Position numbers and translations under genes: made by a program. Of a stretch of 52,526 nt of DNA, positions 9,315 through 17,243 are shown piece after piece. How positions within the stretch are numbered: the stretch's first letter is position 1; each line of letters begins with the position of its first letter. This DNA is from a virus (taxonomy: Duplodnaviria; Caudoviricetes), in the IMG/VR virus record IMGVR_UViG_3300048995_000012, positions 1 to 52,526 of that record. The stretch is one strand, 5' to 3'. The notes beneath the pieces were generated by a model that saw only the letters and a list, made by a program, of their open reading frames with translations, made no database searches and was not told the origin of the DNA.

Positions 9315-9345
9315 GGCCCCCGCTCCTCAGAGTGGGGGCCTTTTT
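9315..9345 (+). terminator. Intrinsic terminator
   Basis: GGCCCCCGCTC/GAGTGGGGGCC stem plus TTTTT. Confidence 0.85.
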
Positions 9346-9366
9346 GCTGTCCTGGAATCGGCGTGC

Positions 9367-9397
9367 GCGCTCTAGAGCTATTGATTGCTCTGTAGCA
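9367..9397. promoter_or_regulatory. Operator-like site at tra operon promoter
   Basis: GCGCTCTAGAGCTATT and TTGCTCTGTAGCA, matching sites upstream of the GntR gene. Confidence 0.65.
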
Positions 9398-9447
9398 GTC
9401 TGCTTCTATGTAGTCGTCCACCCCAGTCGACCGCAGGGGAGCACCTA

Positions 9448-9687
9448 GTGACGCCTGTCTCCGTCGCCCCCACGGGCGGCTTCCTCACCACTGGAGAGGT
9501 CGCCATTCGCATAGGCGGCACTCCGCAACACGTTCGTGAACTGATCAAGTCCGGCCGCATCGAGGCGATCGATATCGCCAAGGGCCAGGGCCGTCCCCGC
9601 TTCCGCGTCTCCGAGGCCGCGCTCGCCGCCTTCCTCGACAGCGCCGCCGTCCGCACCGACTCCCAGCCCACCTCGGAGGTGGCGTGA
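9448..9687 (+). CDS. Excisionase-like HTH_17 DNA-binding protein
   Basis: FLTTGEVAIRIG.TPQHVRELIKSGRIEA...RFRVSEAALAAFL. Confidence 0.85.
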   Translation: MTPVSVAPTGGFLTTGEVAIRIGGTPQHVRELIKSGRIEAIDIAKGQGRPRFRVSEAALAAFLDSAAVRTDSQPTSEVA

Positions 9688-9689
9688 CC

Positions 9690-9953
9690 ATGAGCACCGC
9701 AACCCAGACCCCCGCCCCCGTCCGTCGGTCGGGCACCCCCGCCCTGTCGCCCGCCGTGCTCCGCTTGCGGATGCAGATGCGGGCCGCGCACTACAACCCG
9801 GACCTGTCGCACTCGGTCGAGGCGCTCGCCTGTGTCGCCGCCATCGACACCGCCCGCCTGGCCGCCGTCCTCACCGGGAACGCCCCGCTCGACTGGCGCA
9901 TCCCGCAGCGACGCCTCGCCGAGATCCTCGGCGTTGAGGCGGTGACGGCATGA
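9690..9953 (+). CDS. Hypothetical protein
   Basis: GGAGG RBS, coupled. Confidence 0.65.
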   Translation: MSTATQTPAPVRRSGTPALSPAVLRLRMQMRAAHYNPDLSHSVEALACVAAIDTARLAAVLTGNAPLDWRIPQRRLAEILGVEAVTA

Positions 9954-10318
9954 GCACCGCAACCCTGACCGTCGCTCTGGAGATTGTCCGCGCCCTGACC
10001 CGCTACGAGATCGCGTCGGCCCGCTACGACGAGCTGGATGCCCGCCCGGCGTCGACGCTGTCCCCGGCCGAGGTGGACGCGTTCCACGCCGCGCAGCAGA
10101 CGGTCACCGAGGCGTTCTGTGTGCTGGCGGAGGCGGGCCGCCTGGACCTGATTGAGCCGGCGGAGACGGCGGCCCGTTACCGGTGGGCGTCCGTGCACTG
10201 CCGTCGCCTGGCCGAGACCGCCGACTTCGACGGCTGTCTTGAGGCGCAGGACGAGATGGCGATGTGCCGCTGCCAGCTCGCCGCCGCGGGCCGACTCGAC
10301 CTGATCGAGGCGGCGTGA
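9950..10318 (+). CDS. Hypothetical protein with internal duplication
   Basis: LAEAGRLDLIE / LAAAGRLDLIE repeated. Confidence 0.7.
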   Translation: MSTATLTVALEIVRALTRYEIASARYDELDARPASTLSPAEVDAFHAAQQTVTEAFCVLAEAGRLDLIEPAETAARYRWASVHCRRLAETADFDGCLEAQDEMAMCRCQLAAAGRLDLIEAA

Positions 10319-10476
10319 TGGCCGAGATCCTCGACCGCTTCTCGGCCGGCGGCCCGCGCGGTTCGTGGCCGGCGGAGGAGGCCGCGGCGCGGCTGTCCGA
10401 GCAGGGCACCCCGGCGACCGTCGTCATGGACCTGGACTCCGACCAGTTCCTCGTGGTCGCCAAGGCCGCGTCGTGA
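10318..10476 (+). CDS. Small hypothetical protein
   Basis: TGATG-coupled; GSWPAEEAAARL..G.PATVVMDL. Confidence 0.65.
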   Translation: MAEILDRFSAGGPRGSWPAEEAAARLSEQGTPATVVMDLDSDQFLVVAKAAS

Positions 10477-10673
10477 CCGGCGCCGAGATGGACCGCCACA
10501 AGGCGGCGCAGGCGAAGGCCGACGAGGTGATCCGCGCGATCGCCGAGCTCCCGGGCGCGGGCCCGCTGCTGCGGGTGGCGGTCACCGACGCCATCACCGG
10601 GCAGAGGCTCGCGACCGGCTTCGTCGCCTACCAGGTTGATGGTGTTCCGCATCTGCGGCTGGTGGCGTCGTGA
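10473..10673 (+). CDS. Small hypothetical protein
   Basis: GTGA-coupled. Confidence 0.6.
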   Translation: MTGAEMDRHKAAQAKADEVIRAIAELPGAGPLLRVAVTDAITGQRLATGFVAYQVDGVPHLRLVAS

Positions 10674-10747
10674 CTGCCGCCGAGCGTGAGGCCCTGTCGA
10701 AGAAGCTCGCCGAGGCGAACAAGCGCAGCGAGAACCGGCCCCGCTAG
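10670..10747 (+). CDS. 25-aa peptide (VTAAEREALSKKLAEANKRSENRPR)
   Basis: GTGA-coupled, GC3-rich; not in ORF track. Confidence 0.4.
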   Translation: MTAAEREALSKKLAEANKRSENRPR

Positions 10748-10846
10748 ATCCCCTCAAGCCGCCGCGGGTGGCGGGTGTCCACGGCTCCCCTCCGCCCCGC
10801 CGCCTGCGGTGCTCCACCCCCCTCTCTTGATCCGGAAAGGATCGTC

Positions 10847-11044
10847 ATGTCTGTACGTCTGATCTCCTCCGCCCCGTCGTCTGATGCGGCGTACCGCGAG
10901 GGCTTGATCTCCCGCTACGTGACCGCCACCGACTTCGCCGCCGAGCTGGCCCTGCTTGCTGAGGCCGCCCGCTACGACAAGGCCAACCCGGGCGCCGCGC
11001 TGTCGGACGAGCTGTACGGCGCCAGCCTCGGCGACGTCGCCTGA
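10847..11044 (+). CDS. Small hypothetical protein
   Basis: GAAAGGA RBS. Confidence 0.6.
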   Translation: MSVRLISSAPSSDAAYREGLISRYVTATDFAAELALLAEAARYDKANPGAALSDELYGASLGDVA

Positions 11045-11081
11045 CCCTCAGCCCCGGCACACTTCCCGAAGGGAGCGCACG

Positions 11082-11297
11082 ATGCGCCCGTCCCGCCCGT
11101 CGACCGTCATCGCGACGATCCTCGGCATCCTGTTCGTGATCGCCTGCCCGCAGTCGATCCCCGCCGCGTTCGCCACCCTCGGCTGGCTGCTCACCAACCC
11201 GGTCGGCACTGTCGCGCTCGGCGCCATGTTCGTCCTGTCGCTGGCCTACTGCGTGTCTGCGGGCCGCCGCGGCTACGGCTGGGGGCGGTCCTGGTGA
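11082..11297 (+). CDS. Small two-TM membrane protein (Spd-like)
   Basis: GGGAG RBS; two hydrophobic segments; lies in tra operon. Confidence 0.65.
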   Translation: MRPSRPSTVIATILGILFVIACPQSIPAAFATLGWLLTNPVGTVALGAMFVLSLAYCVSAGRRGYGWGRSW

Positions 11298-12472
11298 GTC
11301 TCGACATGCTGACGGGTCTGGCTGACGCGCAGTGGCTGCCTGTAGCGGCCGGCGCGCTCGCCTTGTCCGTTGCGGTCTGGCTGCTGGCCCGATCCCGGCG
11401 GCGCGGCACGGACCGCCGTCGCCCCCCGGCCGCAGTCGTGGTCGCCGCGCTGGCCGCCGCAGGCTGCACCGCCTACTCGGCCGACACCAGTTGGCGCTTC
11501 GCCGCTCACCGGCTCGGCATGACGTCCGACACCGAGCGGGCCGCAATGTTCGCCGCTGCGGAACTCGCTCTGTTCGCGGTCGCCTTGATGGCCCGGCAGA
11601 ACCTGAACGGCGTGCAGAAGGCGCCCGGCACCCCCGGAATCCTCGTCTGGGTCATCACCGGCGTTCAGGTCATCCCCGCCTATTCCGAGTCCGGCGTCAT
11701 CGGCGGCACCGTCCGCGCCTTCGTCGGACCGGTGCTCGCTGCGCTGCTGTGGCACCTCGCCATGGGTATCGAGCTGCGGCACGCCAAGCCCGGCGCCAAC
11801 TCGCAGTCCCTGCCTGCCGTCATCGCCCGCGAACTGCGCGAGCGGATGCTGTCGCGGCTCGGGCTGGCCACGCGCAACCGCACTGCTGAACAGATCTCCC
11901 GGGACCGGGCCACGGCCATCGCCGTGAAGCTCGCATCCCGCCCGACGCTTCGCCGCTGGGGCCGTAGCCGCCTTGCCGCTGCGGTTGCCCGTTCCGGCGT
12001 AGGTACGGACGCGGCGCAGCGGGATGTCCTGCTGCAGCTGCTGGCCGCCCGCCGTGGTGCCATCTCGCTCGCCACGATCGATCTCCGTTCGCCGTTCGAG
12101 GCGGAACCGGATGGCGGAACCAATCCAGGAACCACGGCGGAACCAGTTCCGGCCCGCGTCGTCCTGGTTCCGGTTCCGGCCCGCGACCGCCAGCCGGTTC
12201 CGGCCCCCGCGGAACCGCGCCCGGAACTACAGGCCGTGCCGGAACCAGTCACCGAGGCGGAACCGAAGAGCGCCCCGGAACCGGCACGGCGGACCCGACG
12301 CGCGACACCCGGAAGCGACAAGGGCTCCGCGTTCAACAAGCACGTCCGTGCCGCCCAGCGCTGGCTCTCCAGCGACCCCGCAATGTCGGGCGCCGACATC
12401 GGCAAGAAGCTCGGCACCTCCGACCGGTACGGCCGCAAGGTCCGCACTGCAGCCCTCGCACAAGCCAGCTGA
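11294..12472 (+). CDS. SpdB/DUF2637-like membrane protein with Pro-rich linker and C-terminal HTH
   Basis: About 5 N-terminal TM segments; C-terminal MSGADIGKKLGTSDRYGRKVR HTH; upstream of traA-traB. Confidence 0.75.
   Translation: MSLDMLTGLADAQWLPVAAGALALSVAVWLLARSRRRGTDRRRPPAAVVVAALAAAGCTAYSADTSWRFAAHRLGMTSDTERAAMFAAAELALFAVALMARQNLNGVQKAPGTPGILVWVITGVQVIPAYSESGVIGGTVRAFVGPVLAALLWHLAMGIELRHAKPGANSQSLPAVIARELRERMLSRLGLATRNRTAEQISRDRATAIAVKLASRPTLRRWGRSRLAAAVARSGVGTDAAQRDVLLQLLAARRGAISLATIDLRSPFEAEPDGGTNPGTTAEPVPARVVLVPVPARDRQPVPAPAEPRPELQAVPEPVTEAEPKSAPEPARRTRRATPGSDKGSAFNKHVRAAQRWLSSDPAMSGADIGKKLGTSDRYGRKVRTAALAQAS
12102..12316. repeat. Intragenic CGGAACC array (7 direct, 3 inverted, 5 one-mismatch copies)
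   Basis: Direct at 12102, 12115, 12138, 12210, 12240, 12258, 12276; inverted at 12166, 12172, 12196. Confidence 0.9.
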
Positions 12473-12513
12473 CCGGGGCGTGGCCCCGCGCACCGCCCCA
12501 TGGAAGGAACTCA

Positions 12514-13182
12514 ATGGCAGGCAATGGATCCGTGAACCGGACCAACAACCAACGCATCCGCGAAGCCCGGCACGCCGGCCGTCCGCTCATCGACGCCGAC
12601 AGCGGGGCAACAGTCCCGCCGCCCCCCAACTACCCGCCGAGCAACGGGCGGGCCTCGACTGCTGCGCCTCAGCAGCGGAACCGAACCCCGAAGATCCAGA
12701 TCAACAAGGTCGGCCTGTTCCCCGAGATGGGCAACCTGCTTCCGCCCATGCAGTTCAGCTTCAGCAAGACCGTCGTCAACGGCGGCGGGGGCGGAACTGG
12801 ATACGGCGGCGGCAAGGCGATGCCCGGCTCCGGGTTCACCAACGACGAGGACATCCGCGCGTTCTGTGAGGCCATCCGCAAGGAGGCCCGGCCCAAGGCG
12901 GTCGAGCGGGCACTGGACGCGGAGACGCTGGAGTCAGTGCTGCGCAGCATCCCTGACGTCCACGGTTCCATGTCCGGCTCCCGGGCGCGGGCCCGCCGCG
13001 TCTCCCGGCACCTGAAGCGGATCGCCGCCGCGGAGAAGCTGATCGCGAAGCAGGCCGCCGCGCTGTACGCGTCGTTCACCCGCGAGTACGAGGCCGAACT
13101 CGCCCAGATCAGCAGCGGGCGCCGACGCAACGAGCCGCGCCGTCACCAGCCCCGACGCAACTCGGCCTGGAAGCCGCGGTGA
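12514..13182 (+). CDS. traA: Plasmid transfer protein TraA-like
   Basis: Position before traB; helical C-terminus SRARARRVSRHLKRIAAAEKLIAKQAAALYASF resembles pSN22/pJV1-type TraA. Confidence 0.55.
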   Translation: MAGNGSVNRTNNQRIREARHAGRPLIDADSGATVPPPPNYPPSNGRASTAAPQQRNRTPKIQINKVGLFPEMGNLLPPMQFSFSKTVVNGGGGGTGYGGGKAMPGSGFTNDEDIRAFCEAIRKEARPKAVERALDAETLESVLRSIPDVHGSMSGSRARARRVSRHLKRIAAAEKLIAKQAAALYASFTREYEAELAQISSGRRRNEPRRHQPRRNSAWKPR

Positions 13183-13322
13183 TCCTCTCCGTTGCCGCAG
13201 CCGCAGCGCTGCTCCATGCGCTGTGGCTGCACCACGAATACGCCGTTCCCGTCCGAGACGCGCTCGCCTCCGATGCCGTCCTGTTCGGGCTCTACCTCCT
13301 CGTCGCCGCCATCCACGGCTGA
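13179..13322 (+). CDS. 47-aa two-TM membrane peptide
   Basis: GTGA-coupled to traA; ILSVAAAAALLHALWL...VLFGLYLLVAAIHG; not in ORF track. Confidence 0.55.
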   Translation: MILSVAAAAALLHALWLHHEYAVPVRDALASDAVLFGLYLLVAAIHG

Positions 13323-13381
13323 CACCCAACTGACCTGCACTGACATCTGCTGACACCTGGAGCTGACACCGTGGCTGACAG
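13318..13381. repeat. Upstream CTGACACC cluster (3 perfect, 3 degenerate) over the traB start
   Basis: Perfect at 13319, 13350, 13363; CTGAC cores at 13330, 13340, 13375. Confidence 0.85.
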
Positions 13382-15371
13382 CCCGAAAGGCGACCTCTAC
13401 AAGGCCGCCAAGCACCCCCGTATGAGGCCCTGGCTGGCCGCCGCCGCCTCCATGCCCGTCAGCCTGGGCATGCACGCCCTGTGGGGCGAATCGGCAGTCG
13501 CCGGCGCGGGCCTCGCCCTTGCGTCTGTCGCCCTGACCGCAACCACCTGGTGGGCGGGCGAAGGAACCAGCCGTCCCCGCCGCCTACACGCAACCTTGTC
13601 CACCGCCGCTGGCACCTCCTACCTGGTGCTGGCCACGGTGACCGACCCGTTCAACCCGTACCTGGCGTCCACCTGGGCGATCGGCGGGGCGGTCGCTGCA
13701 GGCGGATGGAACATGCGGCAGATCCTGCGCGTCAACCCCGACGCCAAGACCGGCGACCAGGCGGCCACCGACACGGGCCTGCTGGTCAAGTCGCTCGGCA
13801 AGGCCAAGGCCGCCCTCAAGGGCGAGCCGAAGGTCGAGCCGAACAAGGTCACCGCCCCGTACAAGTTGGCCGGCGGCGAAATGACCAACGCCGATCTCGC
13901 CAAGCGCATCGACAACATCGCTGGCGAGCTGGGAATCTCCCCCAACAGCATCCGCATCGTCGCCGACCCCGACAACGCAGCCGAGGGCGAGATCATCCTT
14001 GTCCCCAAGGACATGCTCACCGACGGCGCTGCCTGGCCCGGACCGTCGTCGGCGGGCGGATCGATCACCGACCCGATCGTCGTCGGCATCTACGAAGACG
14101 GCGCCCCCGAGCAGTTCTGGTTCCCGGCCGACGAGAAGGCCCGCCGCAACGCCACCCACTTCCTCGTCGCCGGCATGAACGGCTCCGCCAAGTCCACCGG
14201 CATGACCTTCGCCATCGTTGATGCACTGACCAGGCGTGACGTCATTGTGTGGGGCTGCGACCCGTCCAAGGGCATGCAGACGTTCGGGCCGCTGCTGCCC
14301 TACCTCGACTGGGTCGAGATGACGGAGGCGGGCGGCAACAACATGATCGACGCCCTCTCGCAGGTCATCACCGCCCGCGCCGACGAGCTCGGCCGCCACG
14401 GCTTCAAGAACTGGACGCCCGAAGCGTTCGCCAAACTCGCCATGCCGTACATGGTCGTGTGGATCGAGGAGGCCGCAAAGTTCTTCCGCAACGGCACCGA
14501 GATGGAAGGCCTGGTCATGGAGGCCCGCTCCGCGGGCATCAGCGTCATCGTCTCCCTGCAACGCCCGTCCTCCACCTCCATGCCCACTGACGTGCGGGAA
14601 CAGTTGGGTGGCGTGTTCTGCTTCGGCGTCAAGGGCTCCACCACCGCCGACATGGCCCTGCCCGACGACGTCCGCGACGCCGGCGCCAGGCCCGAAGCCT
14701 GGGAAAACCGCCGACCCGGCTACAACTACCTCGTCGCGCCCGGCGTCGACGAGGAGCGCTACCCGATGAAGGCCCGCACCTGGAACCCGGTGAGTGACGA
14801 CATCATCGGCCAGGTGCTTGCGGGCAGCCCGCAGACCCCAGCTGGTCCGACCACGACGCGCGCCGCAGGCGAGTCCTACGCCAACCGCACCATCTACACC
14901 CCCGGACAGTCCCTGACCAGCATCGACGCCAAGGAGACCGTCATGTCCCGCGAAGACGAAAGGGTCGCGGAAGAGGCGCTGTTGGAGCGCCAGGTCGACC
15001 GCGAGATCAACGCCATGGTCGGCGGCGACGATGGTGGGCCCGAGCCGGACGTCGACCCCGACGCCGAGATCCAGCCCGTGCCTGTGAACAGCGTGTGGCA
15101 CTTCGGTGGCGAGCCCGTCCAGCACATCGAGCGCACCCCCGAGGAGGCGGTAGCCGAACTGCTCGCCATCCTCGCCGAACTCCGCGGCGAGGGGCGGGAG
15201 ACGGTCGGGCCGAAGGACTTCGCGCCCTACGGAAAGGGCACCCGCATCGGCCGCTCACGCGCCTGGATCTCCACCAAGCTCACCGATCTCGCCGACGAGG
15301 CCCTCCACTTGGAGGAGACCGACGAGCCCGGCGTGTACAGGCTGCTGTATCCGCAGCTGACACCCGCCTGA
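13371..15371 (+). CDS. traB: Conjugative dsDNA translocase TraB (FtsK/SpoIIIE family)
   Basis: N-terminal TM helices, P-loop HFLVAGMNGSAKST, Walker B VVWIEEAA, EARSAGIS...SLQRP, C-terminal wHTH (GRSRAWISTKL...PGVYRL). Confidence 0.9.
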   Translation: MADSPKGDLYKAAKHPRMRPWLAAAASMPVSLGMHALWGESAVAGAGLALASVALTATTWWAGEGTSRPRRLHATLSTAAGTSYLVLATVTDPFNPYLASTWAIGGAVAAGGWNMRQILRVNPDAKTGDQAATDTGLLVKSLGKAKAALKGEPKVEPNKVTAPYKLAGGEMTNADLAKRIDNIAGELGISPNSIRIVADPDNAAEGEIILVPKDMLTDGAAWPGPSSAGGSITDPIVVGIYEDGAPEQFWFPADEKARRNATHFLVAGMNGSAKSTGMTFAIVDALTRRDVIVWGCDPSKGMQTFGPLLPYLDWVEMTEAGGNNMIDALSQVITARADELGRHGFKNWTPEAFAKLAMPYMVVWIEEAAKFFRNGTEMEGLVMEARSAGISVIVSLQRPSSTSMPTDVREQLGGVFCFGVKGSTTADMALPDDVRDAGARPEAWENRRPGYNYLVAPGVDEERYPMKARTWNPVSDDIIGQVLAGSPQTPAGPTTTRAAGESYANRTIYTPGQSLTSIDAKETVMSREDERVAEEALLERQVDREINAMVGGDDGGPEPDVDPDAEIQPVPVNSVWHFGGEPVQHIERTPEEAVAELLAILAELRGEGRETVGPKDFAPYGKGTRIGRSRAWISTKLTDLADEALHLEETDEPGVYRLLYPQLTPA

Positions 15372-15516
15372 GCTGCGCTGACACCAGCTGACACCCCCAA
15401 GTGGTGTCAGCTGGTGGTGTCAGAGCCGCTGACACCCTCCCCGCCTTAGGTGAGGCGCGTGCGCGCGCGAGCTGACACCCCCCTGACACCTGCCTCCGAC
15501 ACCTCCCTGCTGTCAG
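15356..15516. repeat. clt-like locus: CTGACACC array (6 direct, 2 inverted, 2 degenerate)
   Basis: Direct at 15357, 15378, 15388, 15429, 15472, 15483; inverted at 15403, 15416; right after traB as for known clt loci. Confidence 0.85.
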
Positions 15517-15552
15517 TCCACACAAACCACAACAATCCGAACGGAGCCCGTC

Positions 15553-16167
15553 ATGCGCGTCACCGTCCAGCGCACGACCCGCCGGGGCGGCCACCAGAAG
15601 ACCCACATCGGCCCTTGGGCGATCGCCGGAGTCGTCGTCGTGGTGATCGTCACCGCCAAGTGGATCGCCGCCCATGCGGTGCTCTCGATGATGCTGGCCG
15701 CGGTCGTGATCGCTGCGGCGATCGTCTTCTGGGTGAAGCTGCGCCCCGCCCTCCGCGTCCGCAAGTCCGGCGCCCTGGTCGCAACAGACCCTCACCGCCT
15801 CGACCCCGACGAGTTCGAGCACTTCCTCGCCGACCTGTGCCGCCGCGACGGCTGCCGCAACGTCCGCGTCGTCGGCGGCGCCAACGACCACGCTGCGGAC
15901 GTGCTCTACACCGACCCTCACGGACGGCGTGCCCTCATCCAGGCGAAGCGCTACCAGCGCGGCAACAGCGTGGGAAACGAGCACGTGCAGATGGTCAACG
16001 GCACCTACCGCGACGCCCACGGCTGCACCCACGCATCAATCGTCACCACCCCGCGCTTCACCGCTTCGGCCCGCCAGTACGCCCAGCACGTCGGCATTGA
16101 GCTCGTCGACGACGCCCGCCTCAACGCCTGGATTGGCGGCCAGCGCGCCGCCGCCCCCTGGAACTGA
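15553..16167 (+). CDS. Membrane-anchored Mrr-like PD-(D/E)xK restriction endonuclease
   Basis: Two N-terminal TM segments; FEHFLADL...GGANDHAADV...IQAKRY...VTTPRFTASA. Confidence 0.88.
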   Translation: MRVTVQRTTRRGGHQKTHIGPWAIAGVVVVVIVTAKWIAAHAVLSMMLAAVVIAAAIVFWVKLRPALRVRKSGALVATDPHRLDPDEFEHFLADLCRRDGCRNVRVVGGANDHAADVLYTDPHGRRALIQAKRYQRGNSVGNEHVQMVNGTYRDAHGCTHASIVTTPRFTASARQYAQHVGIELVDDARLNAWIGGQRAAAPWN

Positions 16168-16183
16168 AAGGACACCTACCGCC

Positions 16184-16645
16184 ATGTCCAGTCCGCTGCC
16201 TGAGCGGTACCAGCGCTACGCCGCCCCTGACGGGCAGCGGCCCACCTACCCTGCCGCCGTCGAGCTGTACGGCGAGTCCGACCCGATCGTCTACGTGCCG
16301 AACGCTTACGGCGAGATGGTGCCGATGCGCAAGTCGCAGGCCCCGGCGTTGATGCAGCCCATGCAGCCCCGCGACCTCACCCCGCAGCCGCTCATCGACC
16401 CGGTCGCAGCCCGCATGTTCGGCGGCGGCCTCGGGGCCGGAGCGGCAGGAGCCGGAGTCGGCTGGGGCTTCGGCCAGGCTGCCGCAGGGATTGCCGCGTT
16501 CGGCGGCTCCAGCGCCGTCCTTGTCATCGCCCTGCTGCTGCTCGCCTCCAAGGTCGGCCGCGGGGGCTCGTACCGAGAGGGCGACACCTACATCGACGTC
16601 ACCAACGTCAACCGCTGGTGGGGCAAGAGCTCCACCCGACTCTGA
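16184..16645 (+). CDS. Membrane protein (Spd-associated)
   Basis: AAAGGA RBS; Gly/Ala-rich hydrophobic hairpin. Confidence 0.7.
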   Translation: MSSPLPERYQRYAAPDGQRPTYPAAVELYGESDPIVYVPNAYGEMVPMRKSQAPALMQPMQPRDLTPQPLIDPVAARMFGGGLGAGAAGAGVGWGFGQAAAGIAAFGGSSAVLVIALLLLASKVGRGGSYREGDTYIDVTNVNRWWGKSSTRL

Positions 16646-16656
16646 AGGAGACCAGC

Positions 16657-16875
16657 GTGACCACCGCAACCACCACCGTCCTCGAGGCGGCCATCGCCCT
16701 CGTCGTCGAAACGTACAAGGCCGACCGGGCAGGCCAGTTCGAGAACCCCGTCCACAGCGAGATGGAGGCCGCCGTCGCCGACGCCCACAAGGCTGGCTAC
16801 AGCAGCCGCGACATCTTCGGCGAGGCCGACCGCCGCCACGGACAGTGGCTCATCGACAACGCCAACCAGCGCTGA
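16657..16875 (+). CDS. Small hypothetical protein
   Basis: AAGGAG RBS plus GTG. Confidence 0.65.
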   Translation: MTTATTTVLEAAIALVVETYKADRAGQFENPVHSEMEAAVADAHKAGYSSRDIFGEADRRHGQWLIDNANQR

Positions 16876-16959
16876 GAACGCCAGCGCGGCCCTGGCAGGT
16901 GAAGTGCCAGGGCCGCTGCCCGTCACGATAGCCACAACCGCACGACGAGAGGACACCCC

Positions 16960-17109
16960 ATGCCCGCCACCCCGCCCCCGAAGCGCAAGCACACGCCGCT
17001 GTCCGCCATCGACCCGCTCGGCGCCACCGCAGTCCGCAAGGCCGGACGGGTCACCGACATCCCCGGCCGTCGGCCTGTCAAGCCGATCACCTTCGACTCG
17101 GCGCTCTGA
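16960..17109 (+). CDS. 49-aa basic peptide
   Basis: GAGAGGA RBS; MPATPPPKRKHTPLSAIDPLG...; not in ORF track. Confidence 0.5.
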   Translation: MPATPPPKRKHTPLSAIDPLGATAVRKAGRVTDIPGRRPVKPITFDSAL

Positions 17110-17243
17110 CCGCCGTCCCACCGCGCCCCCGGCCGCATCCGGTCGGGGGCGCACAGCTCGAACCGGTGGAACATCCGGCATCCCGGGCTCCGCCAGCGTC
17201 AACCGCAGATAGCATCCCGACTCCACATAGTCCTGGGGGGACC

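Noticed and set aside
13318-15516. CTGACACC clusters as CRISPR arrays or replication iterons
   Set aside because: Units are 8 bp, irregularly spaced and in both orientations, with no spacers, cas genes or adjacent rep gene; the position next to traB fits clt better.
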